Source: Lepidodermella squamata
Lineage: Eukaryota; Animalia; Gastrotricha
NCBI GenBank assembly: GCA_047495785.1
Contig: JBLDXI010000033.1
Location: 620,001-684,000 of the forward strand
Length of the DNA: 64,000 bases
Direction of reading: 5' to 3'
Numbering within the stretch: the first letter of the stretch is position 1; every line of letters begins with the position of its first letter. Made by a program: the position numbers and the translations under genes. The notes beneath the pieces were generated by a model. That model saw only the letters and a program-made list of their open reading frames with translations. It did no database searches and was not told the DNA's origin. Shown one piece after another: positions 62,999 through 64,000 of this stretch.

Positions 62999-64000
62999 TC
63001 AGTTGAGTTTTCGTTTTTTAACGAAAGACGAAGCCAGCGAAAATCCTGAATAGGCCGGAGGGGCGCTGTTGCTAATAGGACTTTTTCGCTTTTGAGTCGA
63101 TGTCGATGCAGATGAAGTCGAAGCTCCAGCGCCTCGCCGTAATGCGAACTGCTGGGCAATCACACTTTTCAACTCAGATTTCGCGTGTTGTTCCATGTTC
63201 GACTTATTGTACCGGGAATAACCGCCATCTTCTTCGTCCTCATCACCGCCGTGGTCGTAGCCAAACATTTTCTTCTTATGTTTCGCTAAACCGATGAATT
63301 CATCAAAATCCTCCGCGTCTGAATCAGCATCTCGCCGGTCGTTTTTGCCACGATTTGTCAATTTAGCCGCTTCACTTCGGCTCATGCCCATCTTTTGCCA
63401 CGCCTGGTAGCTAGCGAGCTTTTTCGTAGATTCCTCAGCGCTTTCTTTGTTCTTGCAAAAATCGCAATGTTTGTTGCAATTCGGCTTCGAATCGCCAAAG
63501 TAACGAGCAATAGACCAATGACGGCATTGGGCTGTCTGACAAAAATCGACTAGGGCTTCAAAGGAGGCTTTCACAGCTTTTTCGTGCATTACATACTTTT
63601 CCGTCGCTCCTTCTCTGTCCTACAAAACATACAATCATATAAGGCCGGATTAATCAGCGCCTTGTTTACTTTTTTAGCTGTTAGTTCTTGCGCTAAAAGA
63701 TAACCGGCTAGGTCTTTATCCTCGGTTGAGAAGTACAACCGACACACAGATTGTTTGCCATCACGCCCGGCTCGACCAGATTCTTGGTAGTAGGCAGCCA
63801 TGGCCGTTGGTAGATTCCAGTGAACAACGCATCTGACATCTGGCTTGTCGACGCCCATGCCAAAACTGATTGTCGCTACTATCACAGCACATTTATTGTT
63901 CGACCAGTCAGTTTGAGACTGGGCACGTTCTTTCTCCTTTAATCCGGCATGGTAAGCCTTAGCCGGAATATTTGCGAGTTGAAGGTCCTTCGCCAACTGA
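62999..64000 (-). CDS. RECQL5: RecQ helicase, RECQL5-like, 3' part (5' end outside the window)
   Basis: [39 protein letters not shown], Zn-binding [20 protein letters not shown] and QQFALRR. Intron ~63620-63670. Confidence 0.85.

Overview
Gene-dense genomic DNA from a compact-genome invertebrate animal (taxon not determinable from sequence alone). It has spliceosomal GT-AG introns, many about 50-56 nt, and GC-richer exons in an AT-rich background. Fourteen host genes can be assembled by hand: SHOC2-like (partial), PLEKHA5/6/7-like PH protein, RPS10, MCCC2-like, EDEM2, two tandem nucleobindins, an orphan secreted amphipathic-helix precursor, a CUB-trypsin protease, an intron-containing histone H1, TUT1/Star-PAP, BCL9/legless, MON1, ING1/2 and RECQL5 (partial; counted with ING as a linked pair). 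TUT1 spans 17 kb because four of its introns are expanded, three of them holding recognisable transposon remnants (Harbinger, hAT, Ty1/copia). One of these introns also carries an antisense nested PB1 + Myb-like + C2H2 unit. The most notable signals are (i) operon-like gene pairs only about 80-140 nt apart with unpaired splice acceptors before the downstream ATG, suggesting SL trans-splicing; (ii) apparently 10-bp-periodic A/T tracts plus a dispersed 18-mer in non-coding DNA; (iii) a candidate antimicrobial or membrane-active peptide precursor; and (iv) an in-frame intronic exon that would give the PH protein a tail anchor. All family assignments come from remembered motifs, not database searches.
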